This document shows positions 8,447-16,622 of a stretch of DNA of 16,622 bases, in pieces. The stretch is taken from NCBI GenBank assembly GCA_038998625.1, contig JAWADS010000007.1, forward strand, positions 1 through 16,622. Direction: 5' to 3'. Position 1 is the first letter of the stretch; every line of letters starts with the position of its first letter. Both the position numbers and the translations under genes were made by a program. This DNA is from Candidatus Aenigmatarchaeota archaeon (lineage in GTDB: Archaea; Aenigmatarchaeota; Aenigmatarchaeia; CG10238-14; SCSR01). The notes below the pieces were generated by a model. That model saw only the letters and a list, made by a program, of their open reading frames with translations, had not been told where the DNA came from and did not search any database.

Positions 8447-9034
8447 GTGGTTAGTGATATTATGGATTTTTGGAATAAACTGAAAAGGGGTTTGGAAAAA
8501 GCTGTAACATATGCTAGTTATGTAGCAAGTTTTGGTTTGGCCTATCTTAACGACAAAGAAACCCAAAGAATTAGAGAATATGTTTTGGAAAATACTTTAG
8601 TAGGCGGAAACTTCAATCATTTTCCCTCAAATGTTTACGCTTCTTACTTTAGCTCATACCCTACACCAACAGTAATTGATAGATATGCAAGATATGATAG
8701 TGGTGGATTAACAATTTTTTACAGAACAATGGGTCTAAAAGATTTGTTGGGCCTTATAAGTTTTGGAGACTTGGATGAATTAGATAGTTTTATTACAGGA
8801 TTACAAAAGCCTGGAGGCGAGTTGTTTTTAAAAAGTATTAAGATAGGTAATAGAAGTGAACCTTATAAAAGATTTGCCTATGAACAAATTTACAGGACGC
8901 TATTAAATAGATATGAAGGTCTTAAATATTGGAGCAAAAGAGAGCCTGGAGAAAATTATGGGGATTTAATGAATAGACTTTATAATGTTATAGAAGATTT
9001 TTATTGGAACTATTTGTGGCCCTCTTATAAGTAA
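8447..9034 (+). CDS. Hypothetical protein (190-195 aa; ATG 8462 is a plausible start)
   Basis: Long Tyr-rich open frame with a short N-terminal hydrophobic patch. No family recognised. Confidence 0.7.
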   Translation: MVSDIMDFWNKLKRGLEKAVTYASYVASFGLAYLNDKETQRIREYVLENTLVGGNFNHFPSNVYASYFSSYPTPTVIDRYARYDSGGLTIFYRTMGLKDLLGLISFGDLDELDSFITGLQKPGGELFLKSIKIGNRSEPYKRFAYEQIYRTLLNRYEGLKYWSKREPGENYGDLMNRLYNVIEDFYWNYLWPSYK

Positions 9035-9048
9035 ATTTCTGTGGGATT

Positions 9049-9369
9049 ATGAAAGTTGTCATAATGAAAGTTCAAGACAAAGAGCAACAAGATTTAAGAG
9101 AAATTGTTAGATATGCGGCTCCAAAAATTAGAGAAGAAATAAAATATGGAATTTTATATTCTTATGAAAAACTTCTTTCCTTGCTCTCAAATTATATTGT
9201 GAATTTATACAATTTTCATAAAATCTATAGAGAAGTTGAGAAGAATTTAGGCAGTTTTAAAAGAATAGGCCCATCTAAATTAACAGTAGAAGGCAGCAAT
9301 TATAAGTTAGAGCAAAAAATAGAAAATGATACAACTTATGAAGAGCAGATTTTAATTACCATTTTCTGA
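9049..9369 (+). CDS. Hypothetical protein (106 aa)
   Basis: Open frame 14 nt after the previous stop. No family recognised. Confidence 0.6.
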   Translation: MKVVIMKVQDKEQQDLREIVRYAAPKIREEIKYGILYSYEKLLSLLSNYIVNLYNFHKIYREVEKNLGSFKRIGPSKLTVEGSNYKLEQKIENDTTYEEQILITIF

Positions 9370-9387
9370 TGATAGAAAAATGTAAAT

Positions 9388-10647
9388 TTAAATTTCAAAA
9401 ATTCTATTATTTGCTACTGGTGCAATAGCGTCAAATCCTCTTTCTTTTAGCTCATTGGCAAACTCTTCTGTATGATCTCCATGCACACAAAAAACTTTTT
9501 CTGGTGAGATTTTTTCAATAAATTCAAATAACCCACCCCTACCTACATGAGCGGATAAATCAAATCTTTTTACACGCATCCTCACTTCTAAATTTAAATC
9601 TTCATACACAAACCTTCCCGTCTCCAATAAAATTCTTCCTGGAGTGTCTTCCATTTGATAACCAGTAAGAATTAGGCTGCAATTTTCTTCTTTAAACAAT
9701 CTTTTCAAGTACCAAACTATAGGCCCACCATTTAACATACCACTAGTTGTAAGAATTACGCAAGGCTGTTTTATGATTCTCTTCCTTTGTCTATCTTTGT
9801 TAACATATACAACTTTTTCTAAGGCTCGGTCCAAATCTTTTCTATTTGCTAAGTGATGCGGATATTTGTTAATTATCGTTGTAGCTTTTTTTGCCATTCC
9901 ATCCATATAAACAGGAAAATCTATTCCATATTTATCTAAAATTAACAAAACTTCTTGTATTCTACTTATTGCAAAACCAGAAATTAAGGAAGTGCCACCA
10001 TTATCTATAGTCTCTCTTACCATTTGAACCAAATTTTTTTCTTCTCTTTTTCTATCAGGATGCTCCCTATCGCTATAAGTGCTTTCAGTTATTAAAAAAT
10101 CAGCTTTAGGAACTTTTTCATCAAATTTTTTTATAAGCCTTGTATCTATAGTATTAAAATCTCCTGAATAAAGTAATGTCTTGTCATTAAATTCTAAAAA
10201 TATCATGGCGCTTCCTGGTATATGGCCAGCATCGAAATAAGTGACTTTAACATTATTTATAGTAAAAGGGTTACGATATTTAACTGAAATAAAAGATTTT
10301 ATACATTTTCCCACATCTTTTTTTGTAAAAGGCAATTCTATTCCTTCTTCGTGGGAAATTTTTACTGAATCTAAAAGCAATAGCTCAGTAAGTTCTTTAG
10401 TCACATCTAAAGAATATACAGGGCAATGATTTTTATTGGTTAAAATTGGGATTCCACCAGAATGGTCTAAATGGGAATGGGACAGCAAAACTGCATCTAC
10501 TTTGCTATTTATGGGGATTGGAAATTTGGGTGGCACTTCTCTAACTCTAGTGCCATAATCCAAAACTATTTTTTCTTTTTCATTATCAACTAAAACTGCA
10601 CTTGCCCCTACAGATGACATGGCACCTAGAAATTCTAATCTGACCAT
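9388..10647 (-). CDS. Metallo-beta-lactamase/beta-CASP ribonuclease (aCPSF-like, no N-terminal KH domains)
   Basis: LDYG, SHSHLDHSGG, AGHIPGS, YSGD, ESTY, TSGMLNGG, GYQ, SAH, VHGD motifs. Confidence 0.93.
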   Translation of the reverse strand: MVRLEFLGAMSSVGASAVLVDNEKEKIVLDYGTRVREVPPKFPIPINSKVDAVLLSHSHLDHSGGIPILTNKNHCPVYSLDVTKELTELLLLDSVKISHEEGIELPFTKKDVGKCIKSFISVKYRNPFTINNVKVTYFDAGHIPGSAMIFLEFNDKTLLYSGDFNTIDTRLIKKFDEKVPKADFLITESTYSDREHPDRKREEKNLVQMVRETIDNGGTSLISGFAISRIQEVLLILDKYGIDFPVYMDGMAKKATTIINKYPHHLANRKDLDRALEKVVYVNKDRQRKRIIKQPCVILTTSGMLNGGPIVWYLKRLFKEENCSLILTGYQMEDTPGRILLETGRFVYEDLNLEVRMRVKRFDLSAHVGRGGLFEFIEKISPEKVFCVHGDHTEEFANELKERGFDAIAPVANNRIFEI

Positions 10648-10779
10648 TCTACTTACCCAATTGCTGTAATTTATTTATTTTGTTTAATAAAATAAACTTT
10701 TAAAAAATGCACATCAAACATTTTAAAAAATGTGAAGAAGATAGCAATATACTTCTTTAATGAAAACTAATTAATTTTT

Positions 10780-11709
10780 ATGAAAAGAGCTATAGAAAAA
10801 ATTCTAACAAATTGCTTCAACATAAGGCCAAATACAAAAATTTTGATTGTAACTGATAGTAAAATGCTAAAAATTGCTAAAAATTTTTACGATATTGCCA
10901 AAGAAATTAGCTTTCATTCTTACCTAATTTCAATGAAACCTAGAAAAAGGGATGGTGAAGAGCCCCCTAAAAAAATTGCAGATTTAATCAAAAATTCTGA
11001 TATAGTGCTTGCCATAACTTCTAAGTCTTTAACCCACACAAAGGCAGCTATAGAAGCTTGCAGAAAAGGTGTTCATATAGCAAGCATGCCAAATCTTTCA
11101 AAATTTTCTATAACTAAAGGTGGTTTGTTAGCAGATTATAAAATTGTGAGTAAACTTTGTAAAAAAATGTTGAAGAAAGTTTCGAATTCAAAAAATATAA
11201 AAATTATATCGGAAAATGGAACTAATATAGAATTTTCTGTAGAAGGTAGAGAATGGAAAGTTGATGAGGGTTTATTTTTAGAAAAACCTAAGCTGGGAAA
11301 TTTACCTGCAGGGGAAGTTTTTGTGGCACCTCTAGAAAATTCAGTGAATGGGACAATTGTTTTTGATTTTTTCGAATTGGCTAAAGGAAAAATTAAACTT
11401 GAAATTGGAAGAGGAAAAGTTATTAAGTTAATGGGAAAGGCTCCTAAATTACTAAAAATATTTCAAACATTGGGAAGCAAAGCAAGGCAAATAGCTGAGT
11501 TTGGAATAGGCTGCAACCCAAAAGCAAAAATAATTGGCAACAGTTTAGAAGATGAAAAAGTTTTTGGAACAGTTCATTTAGCCTTAGGCAACAATATTGG
11601 CTTCGGAGGGAAAAATAAAGTGGATTTTCACAAAGATGGAATAATTAAAAAGCCCACAGTTATTGTTGACGGAAAAATTTTAATAGAAGATGGAAAATGG
11701 AAGATTTAA
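10780..11709 (+). CDS. Aminopeptidase, M29 / thermophilic metalloprotease-like family
   Basis: GEEPP, SLTHT, GTNIEF, GNLPAGEVFVAP, IAEFGIGCNP, EDEKVFGTVHLALG, HKDGII. Confidence 0.9.
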   Translation: MKRAIEKILTNCFNIRPNTKILIVTDSKMLKIAKNFYDIAKEISFHSYLISMKPRKRDGEEPPKKIADLIKNSDIVLAITSKSLTHTKAAIEACRKGVHIASMPNLSKFSITKGGLLADYKIVSKLCKKMLKKVSNSKNIKIISENGTNIEFSVEGREWKVDEGLFLEKPKLGNLPAGEVFVAPLENSVNGTIVFDFFELAKGKIKLEIGRGKVIKLMGKAPKLLKIFQTLGSKARQIAEFGIGCNPKAKIIGNSLEDEKVFGTVHLALGNNIGFGGKNKVDFHKDGIIKKPTVIVDGKILIEDGKWKI

Positions 11710-11730
11710 GTAAAGAATAAGATTTTTATT

Positions 11731-11826
11731 GGGGCGCTCCACTGAGCGGTCCACCTCGCGCGAGATATTAAACAAAGAATATAGGCGCGAGGTCCTTCTT
11801 TGTTTTTTAGGTCCTTCTTTGTTTTT
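11731..11826. ncRNA. Putative structured RNA or terminator element upstream of tyrS
   Basis: GC-rich island (38/65 G+C over 11731-11795) in AT-rich DNA. Hairpin CGCTC/GAGCG, perfect 9-bp stem ACCTCGCGC/GCGCGAGGT, and a loop complementary to downstream TTCTTTGTTT. Confidence 0.45.
11790..11826. repeat. Tandem duplication of 18-mer AGGTCCTTCTTTGTTTTT
   Basis: Identical copies at 11790-11807 and 11809-11826. Confidence 0.9.
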
Positions 11827-11897
11827 CTTTTCACCTTTTCATTTAGATGAAGAAGAAAAAGTAATTAAAAATATAAATAAATAAAAAGGGTGATGAT

Positions 11898-13006
11898 GTG
11901 GATATAGAAACAAAAATTCAAATAATAAAGGGTATAAGTGAAGAGATAGTTACAGAAGATGAGCTTCGCCAATTATTAGAAACTAAGGAGCATCCAATTG
12001 CTTATGATGGCTTTGAGCCAAGTGGAAACTGAGTTTTTCAGCCATAATGGCTCATTTGCCCTTTGGAATTTTTAGGCCGATGCTTATAGAAGATTTACTA
12101 AAAGTTGGCATTCGTTTTAAGCTTTATTTAGCTGACTATTTTGCCTGGATAAATAATAAATTAGGGGGAGATTTAGAGAAGATAAGAAAATGCGGAGAAT
12201 ATTTTATAGAAGTTTGGAAAGCAGCAGGTATAGACACAAAAAAAGTTGAAATTGTTTGGGCAAGTGACTTAGCAAGCAGAAAAGAATATTGGAAAAAAGT
12301 TTTGTTGGTTGCAAAAAATACAACTGTCCACAGGGCTGAGCGCGCATTGAGTATAATGGGGAGAAAAAAGGGGGAGATGAAAGAAGTTGCCCAGTATTTT
12401 TATCCTGCAATGCAAGTGGCAGATATTTTTGAATTGGGGGCTGATATTTGTCAATTGGGTTTGGACCAAAGAAGAGCAAATATGTTGACTAGAGAGCTTG
12501 GACCAAAGCTTGGTTTTTGGAAGCCGGTAGTAGTTAGTCATCATATGCTGATGGGATTAGAAGGAGAAAAAAAGCCTGAAGGTTATGATGAAAATAAAGC
12601 AATAGATATTGCCATAAGCTCGAAGATGAGTAAGAGTAAACCCAATACATGCATTTTTGTTCATGACAGTAAAGAAGAAATTAGGAAAAAGATATTAAGA
12701 GCGTTTTGTCCAGAAAAGATTGTTAAAAACAACCCAATTTTAGACTATGCGAAACACATAATTTTTAGGAAGTTTAAGAGCTTAACTATAGAAAGACCTT
12801 CAAAATTCGGAGGAGCAATAGAAGTTTATGGATACGATGAATTAGAAAAAAGGTTTAGAGAAGGAGAAATTCATCCTCTAGATTTAAAAAACGCGGTTGC
12901 AGAAAAGTTGGATGAACTAATAAAACCAATAAGAGAACATTTTGAAAAGGATAAAAAGGCTAGGGAGCTTTATGGATTCGTTAAATCACAAGAAATAACA
13001 AGATAG
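11898..13006 (+). CDS. tyrS: Tyrosine--tRNA ligase, split: join(11898..12027,12048..13006), 362 aa after removal of a 20-nt insertion
   Basis: GTG 11898 with GGTGA SD reads MDIETKIQIIKGISEEIVTEDELRQLLETKEHPIAYDGFEPSG, then stops. The second frame continues MAHLPFG...YPAMQVADIF...GLDQRRANML...KMSKS...IHPLDLK. The joined GFEPSG-MAH-LPFG matches conserved GFEPSGxxH spacing. Confidence 0.93.
12028..12047 (+). other. Putative 20-nt bulge-helix-bulge/loop type mRNA intron
   Basis: Exon helix TGAGCCA/TGGCTCA, 4-bp central helix GTGG/CCAT, 3-nt AAA bulge, intron hairpin CTGA/TCAG. Cuts two nt 3' of the central helix on each strand excise ACTGAGTTTTTCAGCCATAA and restore the frame. Confidence 0.8.
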
Positions 13007-13063
13007 ATTTTGAAGAAAAAATTTTAAATCTTCGTATGAATTAATTTATTCAATCTATAAAAA

Positions 13064-14458
13064 CTACTCGATGAAAGGAAGTTTTAACTTTCTACGCCAT
13101 TTTAAAGTTTTCTTAGAAATTACTATGAAGATTGATGTAGCGACAACTAAAAGAATAATTTTTAGCTCTAACCTTGTAACAAATTTAGAACCTAAGCCTA
13201 CTAAAACCAACAAAACTATAGGAGAAAGAAACTTTAAACCCAAATCAAACAAAGGGTTTAATTTTATTCTCGAAATTTTATTTAAACTGTTTCTAATTCT
13301 GTTTGCCCCAATGAGCCAACCGAAGATTAAACATTCGGCCAAAGCAATGATAGGTAAGCTTATCGTGCTGGCAATACCATCCCAAAACTTTATGGCATTC
13401 AAATTACCTGCAATGTAAGCTGTTGCTAAGGTTGAAGGTATGCCCAAACAAACCACTGCAAATTTTCTCGTCATTTTAAATCTATCAGTTATGCCTGCGA
13501 TAACAGCCTCAAAAGAAGTTAAAGCCGAAGTAAAACCTGCGATTGTTAAAGCGAGGAAAAAAATAAAACTGAAGATTTCTTTAGCTGGAAGTTGAGCAGC
13601 AGCAAGGGGAAAGGTCATAAAAGCCAAGCCAAAACCTTCTGCTGGATGTAGTCCAACTACACCTAAAACTGAAAAAATTGTTATAGCTGATATTGCAGAG
13701 AAAGATGCATCTGCAAACGCTGTTGCAAAGGAATTAGGTATTATTTCTCTCTTTTTCTTCAAATAACTCCCAAAAACTGGCATGATACCCATAGCTATGC
13801 TTAAACTAAAAGCTACTTGACCAAAGGCAACCATCCAAACATTCCAATCATATAATTTAGACCAGTTTGGAAAAAGATATTTTTTAATTCCATCTCCTGC
13901 GCCAGGTAAAGTAGTTGCCCTTATCAGGAGAATAAATATTAAAATCCACATCATAGATACAAATATTAAAGAAAATCTCTCCAGCCCCTTTCTTACTCCT
14001 AAGGATAAAATTATCATGTTGAATATCCAAATTAAAACTCCAGCTACTATAGGATAAGGTGTTGTTAAAAAATTATAGAAAAAACTTTCCGTATCAGCTA
14101 CGCCATGTAGCCTAAAAGAAAATATGGCATAAGACATGAACCAACCTACTAAAGCATTGTAGTAAATGTTTATGATGGAAATATTTATTAAGGTCCACCA
14201 TCCTAAAGGTTCTAACCATTTATAGATTTTTTTATAAATAATAGGTGAGGAGCCTCTAGCCCAGAAGCCAGACCAAACTTCTGATATAAGTAATGGAACC
14301 CCCATAACCAGAACAGCAAATAAATAAGGAAGGAAAAAAATTCCACCGCCGTTTTCATATAGGATATAATTAAATCTCCATATATTTCCAATTCCTATCG
14401 CGCTGCCTATGGCTGAAAATAAAAATCCTAGTCCTGTTTTCCAATATTCTCTCGCCAT
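13064..14458 (-). CDS. Sodium-dependent transporter, NSS/SNF family (LeuT-like, probable amino-acid symporter)
   Basis: REYW...GSAIGIGNIWRF.Y...GGG.FFLPY, QVAFSLSIAMG, GLAF motifs and about 12 hydrophobic segments. Confidence 0.93.
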   Translation of the reverse strand: MAREYWKTGLGFLFSAIGSAIGIGNIWRFNYILYENGGGIFFLPYLFAVLVMGVPLLISEVWSGFWARGSSPIIYKKIYKWLEPLGWWTLINISIINIYYNALVGWFMSYAIFSFRLHGVADTESFFYNFLTTPYPIVAGVLIWIFNMIILSLGVRKGLERFSLIFVSMMWILIFILLIRATTLPGAGDGIKKYLFPNWSKLYDWNVWMVAFGQVAFSLSIAMGIMPVFGSYLKKKREIIPNSFATAFADASFSAISAITIFSVLGVVGLHPAEGFGLAFMTFPLAAAQLPAKEIFSFIFFLALTIAGFTSALTSFEAVIAGITDRFKMTRKFAVVCLGIPSTLATAYIAGNLNAIKFWDGIASTISLPIIALAECLIFGWLIGANRIRNSLNKISRIKLNPLFDLGLKFLSPIVLLVLVGLGSKFVTRLELKIILLVVATSIFIVISKKTLKWRRKLKLPFIE

Positions 14459-14597
14459 TTATAAAATATTTAAATTTAAAAGGATTAATTTATTCCAAGT
14501 GAAAGTGATGCCGTTCCAATCCGAAATCTGGTTATGAAAAAATTCCTTCTCTTAGCCTTTAATATAAAACAATTCAATTTCAATTTATGGTGATTCT

Positions 14598-15890
14598 ATG
14601 ATAGACATAAAGCTAGTGAGAGAAAAGCCTGAAGTTGTGAGAAAAAATCTTGAACGAAGGCAAAATCCAGAATATCTTACGATGCTTAATGAATTAGTAA
14701 GAGTGGATGAAGAATGGAGAAAGATTGTTACAGAACTAAACAAGTTAAGGAAAAGAAAAAACGAAATAAGCCTAGAAATATCTAAATTCAAAAAACACAA
14801 TAAACCTATTGAAGATTTACTAAATGAAGGAAAGGAAATTGATGAGAAAATAAGAAGTTTAGAAGCTCGGGAGAATTTGCTTTCTGACAGAGAAAGATTT
14901 TTGCTAATGAGAATTCCCAATTTGCTGCATGATAGTGTGCCTTTTGGAAAGGATGAAAATGATAATGTAGAAATTAGAAAATGGGGGAAGCCACCAAAGT
15001 TTAACTTTCCTCCAAAAAGTCATTTGGAGATTTTGGAAAATTTGAATATGATAGATTTTGAAAGGGGGGCTAAGATAGCTGGCTCACAATTTTATTTTAT
15101 CAAAGGAGATCTTGTTTATCTTGATCTAGCTATACAAAGATTCGCACTTGACTTTTTAAGAAAAAGAGGTTTTGAAGTCCTCGAGCCTCCTTTGATGATT
15201 TCAAGAAAAGCTTATGAAGGAATGATAGATTTTGCGGATTTTGAGATGATGACTTATAAAGTAGAGAATGAAGACTTATATTTAATTGCTACTGCCGAAC
15301 ATCCTTTAGGAGCAATGTTTATGAATGAAACTTTTAATAAAAAAGATTTGCCTCTAAGATTAGCCGGAATTTCTCCCTGTTTTAGAAAGGAAGTGGGGGC
15401 CCATGGAAAGTATACAAAAGGTTTATTTAGGGTTCATCATTTTAATAAAGTAGAGCAATTTATTTTTTCTCATCCAGACGAAAGTTGGGAACTGCACGAA
15501 GAATTACAAAGGAATTCTGAACAGCTTTATCAAAAATTGGGCTTACATTATCGCGTTGTAAACATTTGCACTGGTGACATTGGAACAATTGCTGCAAAAA
15601 AATATGATATAGAAGTTTGGATGGCTGATGGAAAATATAGAGAATCTGGAAGTAATTCTAATTGCACAGATTATCAAGCTAGAAGATTGAATATAAGATG
15701 GAGGGAAGGCCCTGGAAAACCACCAGCAGGCTTTGTCCATACTCTAAACAACACAGCTTTGGCCACAAGCAGAACAATGATTGCAATCATTGAGCAATAT
15801 CAACAAAAAGATGGTAGTGTTAAAATACCAAGGGTTTTATGGAAATATACTGGTTTTAAAAAATTAGAGAAAAAGTCTGAAAAGAAATAA
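14598..15890 (+). CDS. serS: Serine--tRNA ligase
   Basis: MIDIKLVRE coiled-coil arm, IPNL, LIATAEHPL, CFRKEVG, GLFRVHHFNKVEQF, KKYDIE, SNCTDYQARRL, HTLNNTA. GGTGA SD at 14589-14593. Confidence 0.97.
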   Translation: MIDIKLVREKPEVVRKNLERRQNPEYLTMLNELVRVDEEWRKIVTELNKLRKRKNEISLEISKFKKHNKPIEDLLNEGKEIDEKIRSLEARENLLSDRERFLLMRIPNLLHDSVPFGKDENDNVEIRKWGKPPKFNFPPKSHLEILENLNMIDFERGAKIAGSQFYFIKGDLVYLDLAIQRFALDFLRKRGFEVLEPPLMISRKAYEGMIDFADFEMMTYKVENEDLYLIATAEHPLGAMFMNETFNKKDLPLRLAGISPCFRKEVGAHGKYTKGLFRVHHFNKVEQFIFSHPDESWELHEELQRNSEQLYQKLGLHYRVVNICTGDIGTIAAKKYDIEVWMADGKYRESGSNSNCTDYQARRLNIRWREGPGKPPAGFVHTLNNTALATSRTMIAIIEQYQQKDGSVKIPRVLWKYTGFKKLEKKSEKK

Positions 15891-16622
15891 AATATCACCG
15901 AAATAAATTGTTGTTAATAAAGCTAAAGGAAAAGCCAAACCAAAGCGCACTCCTTCTTTAATTTTTACAAACTTTCTTCCGGATTTTTTTATTTTTTTCA
16001 GCTCTTCAGCCGTTATTCCCTCTATATATCTACTGTTGGCTAAAACATCACCAACCTTTAATTTTGATATTGGAATTCTTTTAACAAAGCCATGTTTTTC
16101 TACAGTCCTTGCAAACTTCCATATTAAAAAAAGAAGGATGGAAAATAATAAGAAAACAAGCGTGATTTGAGTTACAAAAGAAAAGGATAGAAAGCCTAAC
16201 ATTTTAATGGAATTAAAGGATGAAAAAAATATAATAAAAATTAAAAAAAATGCTAAAGTTATAGACAAGAACTTTCCACTGGCTTTGATGTCTTTAATGA
16301 AATAAAAGAAAATTTTTTGATTAGAAATTGAATAAATAAAAGCATAAATCAACATATAGGCCGCCCCAACAAAAAAAAGATTAATGAAAAAAGTTAAAGG
16401 AAATGGGAGAAAAGTTTGTACTGAAAATTCTGGCTTAACAGGAAGCAAAAATCCTATGGCTGACAAAAGCTTAGCATCTCCTCCTCCCCATTGTCCTAAA
16501 TAATACATCAAGAAACCAAATCCTAAGAAGATTAAACCCACTATTACGCTATTCATTATATAAGAAAAATTATTTTGTGAAATAGAAAGAAAGAGATAAT
16601 AGACAATGGCAATTGTAATCAT
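15864..16622 (-). CDS. A24 family prepilin/prearchaellin peptidase-like protein, probably 5'-truncated by the window edge
   Basis: WGGGDAKLL aspartate motif, multiple TM helices, LKVGDVL and C-terminal VRFGLAFPLAL. The first catalytic Asp region is absent, so the gene likely starts beyond 16622. Confidence 0.85.
   Translation of the reverse strand: MITIAIVYYLFLSISQNNFSYIMNSVIVGLIFLGFGFLMYYLGQWGGGDAKLLSAIGFLLPVKPEFSVQTFLPFPLTFFINLFFVGAAYMLIYAFIYSISNQKIFFYFIKDIKASGKFLSITLAFFLIFIIFFSSFNSIKMLGFLSFSFVTQITLVFLLFSILLFLIWKFARTVEKHGFVKRIPISKLKVGDVLANSRYIEGITAEELKKIKKSGRKFVKIKEGVRFGLAFPLALLTTIYFGDILFLFRLFL

Noticed and set aside
11745..11757. T-box-like GAGGTGGACCGC on the minus strand upstream of tyrS
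   Set aside because: Wrong strand for a tyrS leader, lacks the N of UGGN, has no Stem I/specifier, and T-boxes are bacterial.
11731..11760. tRNA D-arm-like GCTCAGTGGAGCGCCCC on the minus strand
   Set aside because: No anticodon arm, TTCRA T-loop or acceptor pairing could be built.
12030..12032. In-frame TGA in tyrS as selenocysteine, readthrough or genetic-code reassignment
   Set aside because: A TAA follows four codons later, the downstream protein is in another frame, and TGA serves as a normal stop in other genes here (e.g. rpl44e, rps27e).
12047..13006. Track ORF as a complete 319-aa TyrRS, or tyrS as a pseudogene or simple programmed frameshift
   Set aside because: Starting at 12047 omits the essential YDGFEPSG strand encoded upstream. 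Both parts are otherwise undecayed. A frameshift would leave about 6-7 extra residues in the active site, whereas excision restores exact spacing.
14495..14560. Possible C/D box sRNA or riboswitch between the NSS transporter and serS
   Set aside because: Only a partial C box (GTGATGC), no CTGA D box and no convincing stem.
5456..15740. Track ORFs 5456..5728, 8069..8281, 10241..10429, 12204..12479, 12269..12544, 13071..13418, 14585..14920, 15543..15740
   Set aside because: All overlap better-supported genes on the opposite strand and show shadow-ORF composition.
15864..15890. 27-bp convergent overlap of serS and A24 peptidase 3' ends
   Set aside because: Short tail-to-tail overlaps are ordinary in compact archaeal genomes.

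Overview
AT-rich archaeal chromosomal segment. Gene content (Gins15-rpl44e-rps27e cluster, ApgM, archaeal TyrRS, GGTGA-type Shine-Dalgarno sites, TATA promoters) shows it is archaeal. A DPANN origin (e.g. Aenigmarchaeota-like) is my inference. It is mostly housekeeping: gins15 (partial), rpl44e, rps27e, hsp20, rtcA, eno, rhomboid protease, apgM, beta-CASP RNase, M29 aminopeptidase, tyrS, NSS transporter, serS and an A24 peptidase (partial), plus several ORFans. Main observation: tyrS is interrupted just before its HIGH-like motif by a 20-nt insertion with in-frame stops. The insertion folds into a bulge-helix-bulge/loop tRNA-splicing-endonuclease motif, and canonical cleavage restores the frame exactly, so it is a candidate archaeal mRNA intron in an aminoacyl-tRNA synthetase gene. 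Also notable: a GC-rich, pseudoknot-capable element upstream of tyrS, and a duplicated enolase 3' end (96 bp identical core) bracketing an ORFan like an integration scar.
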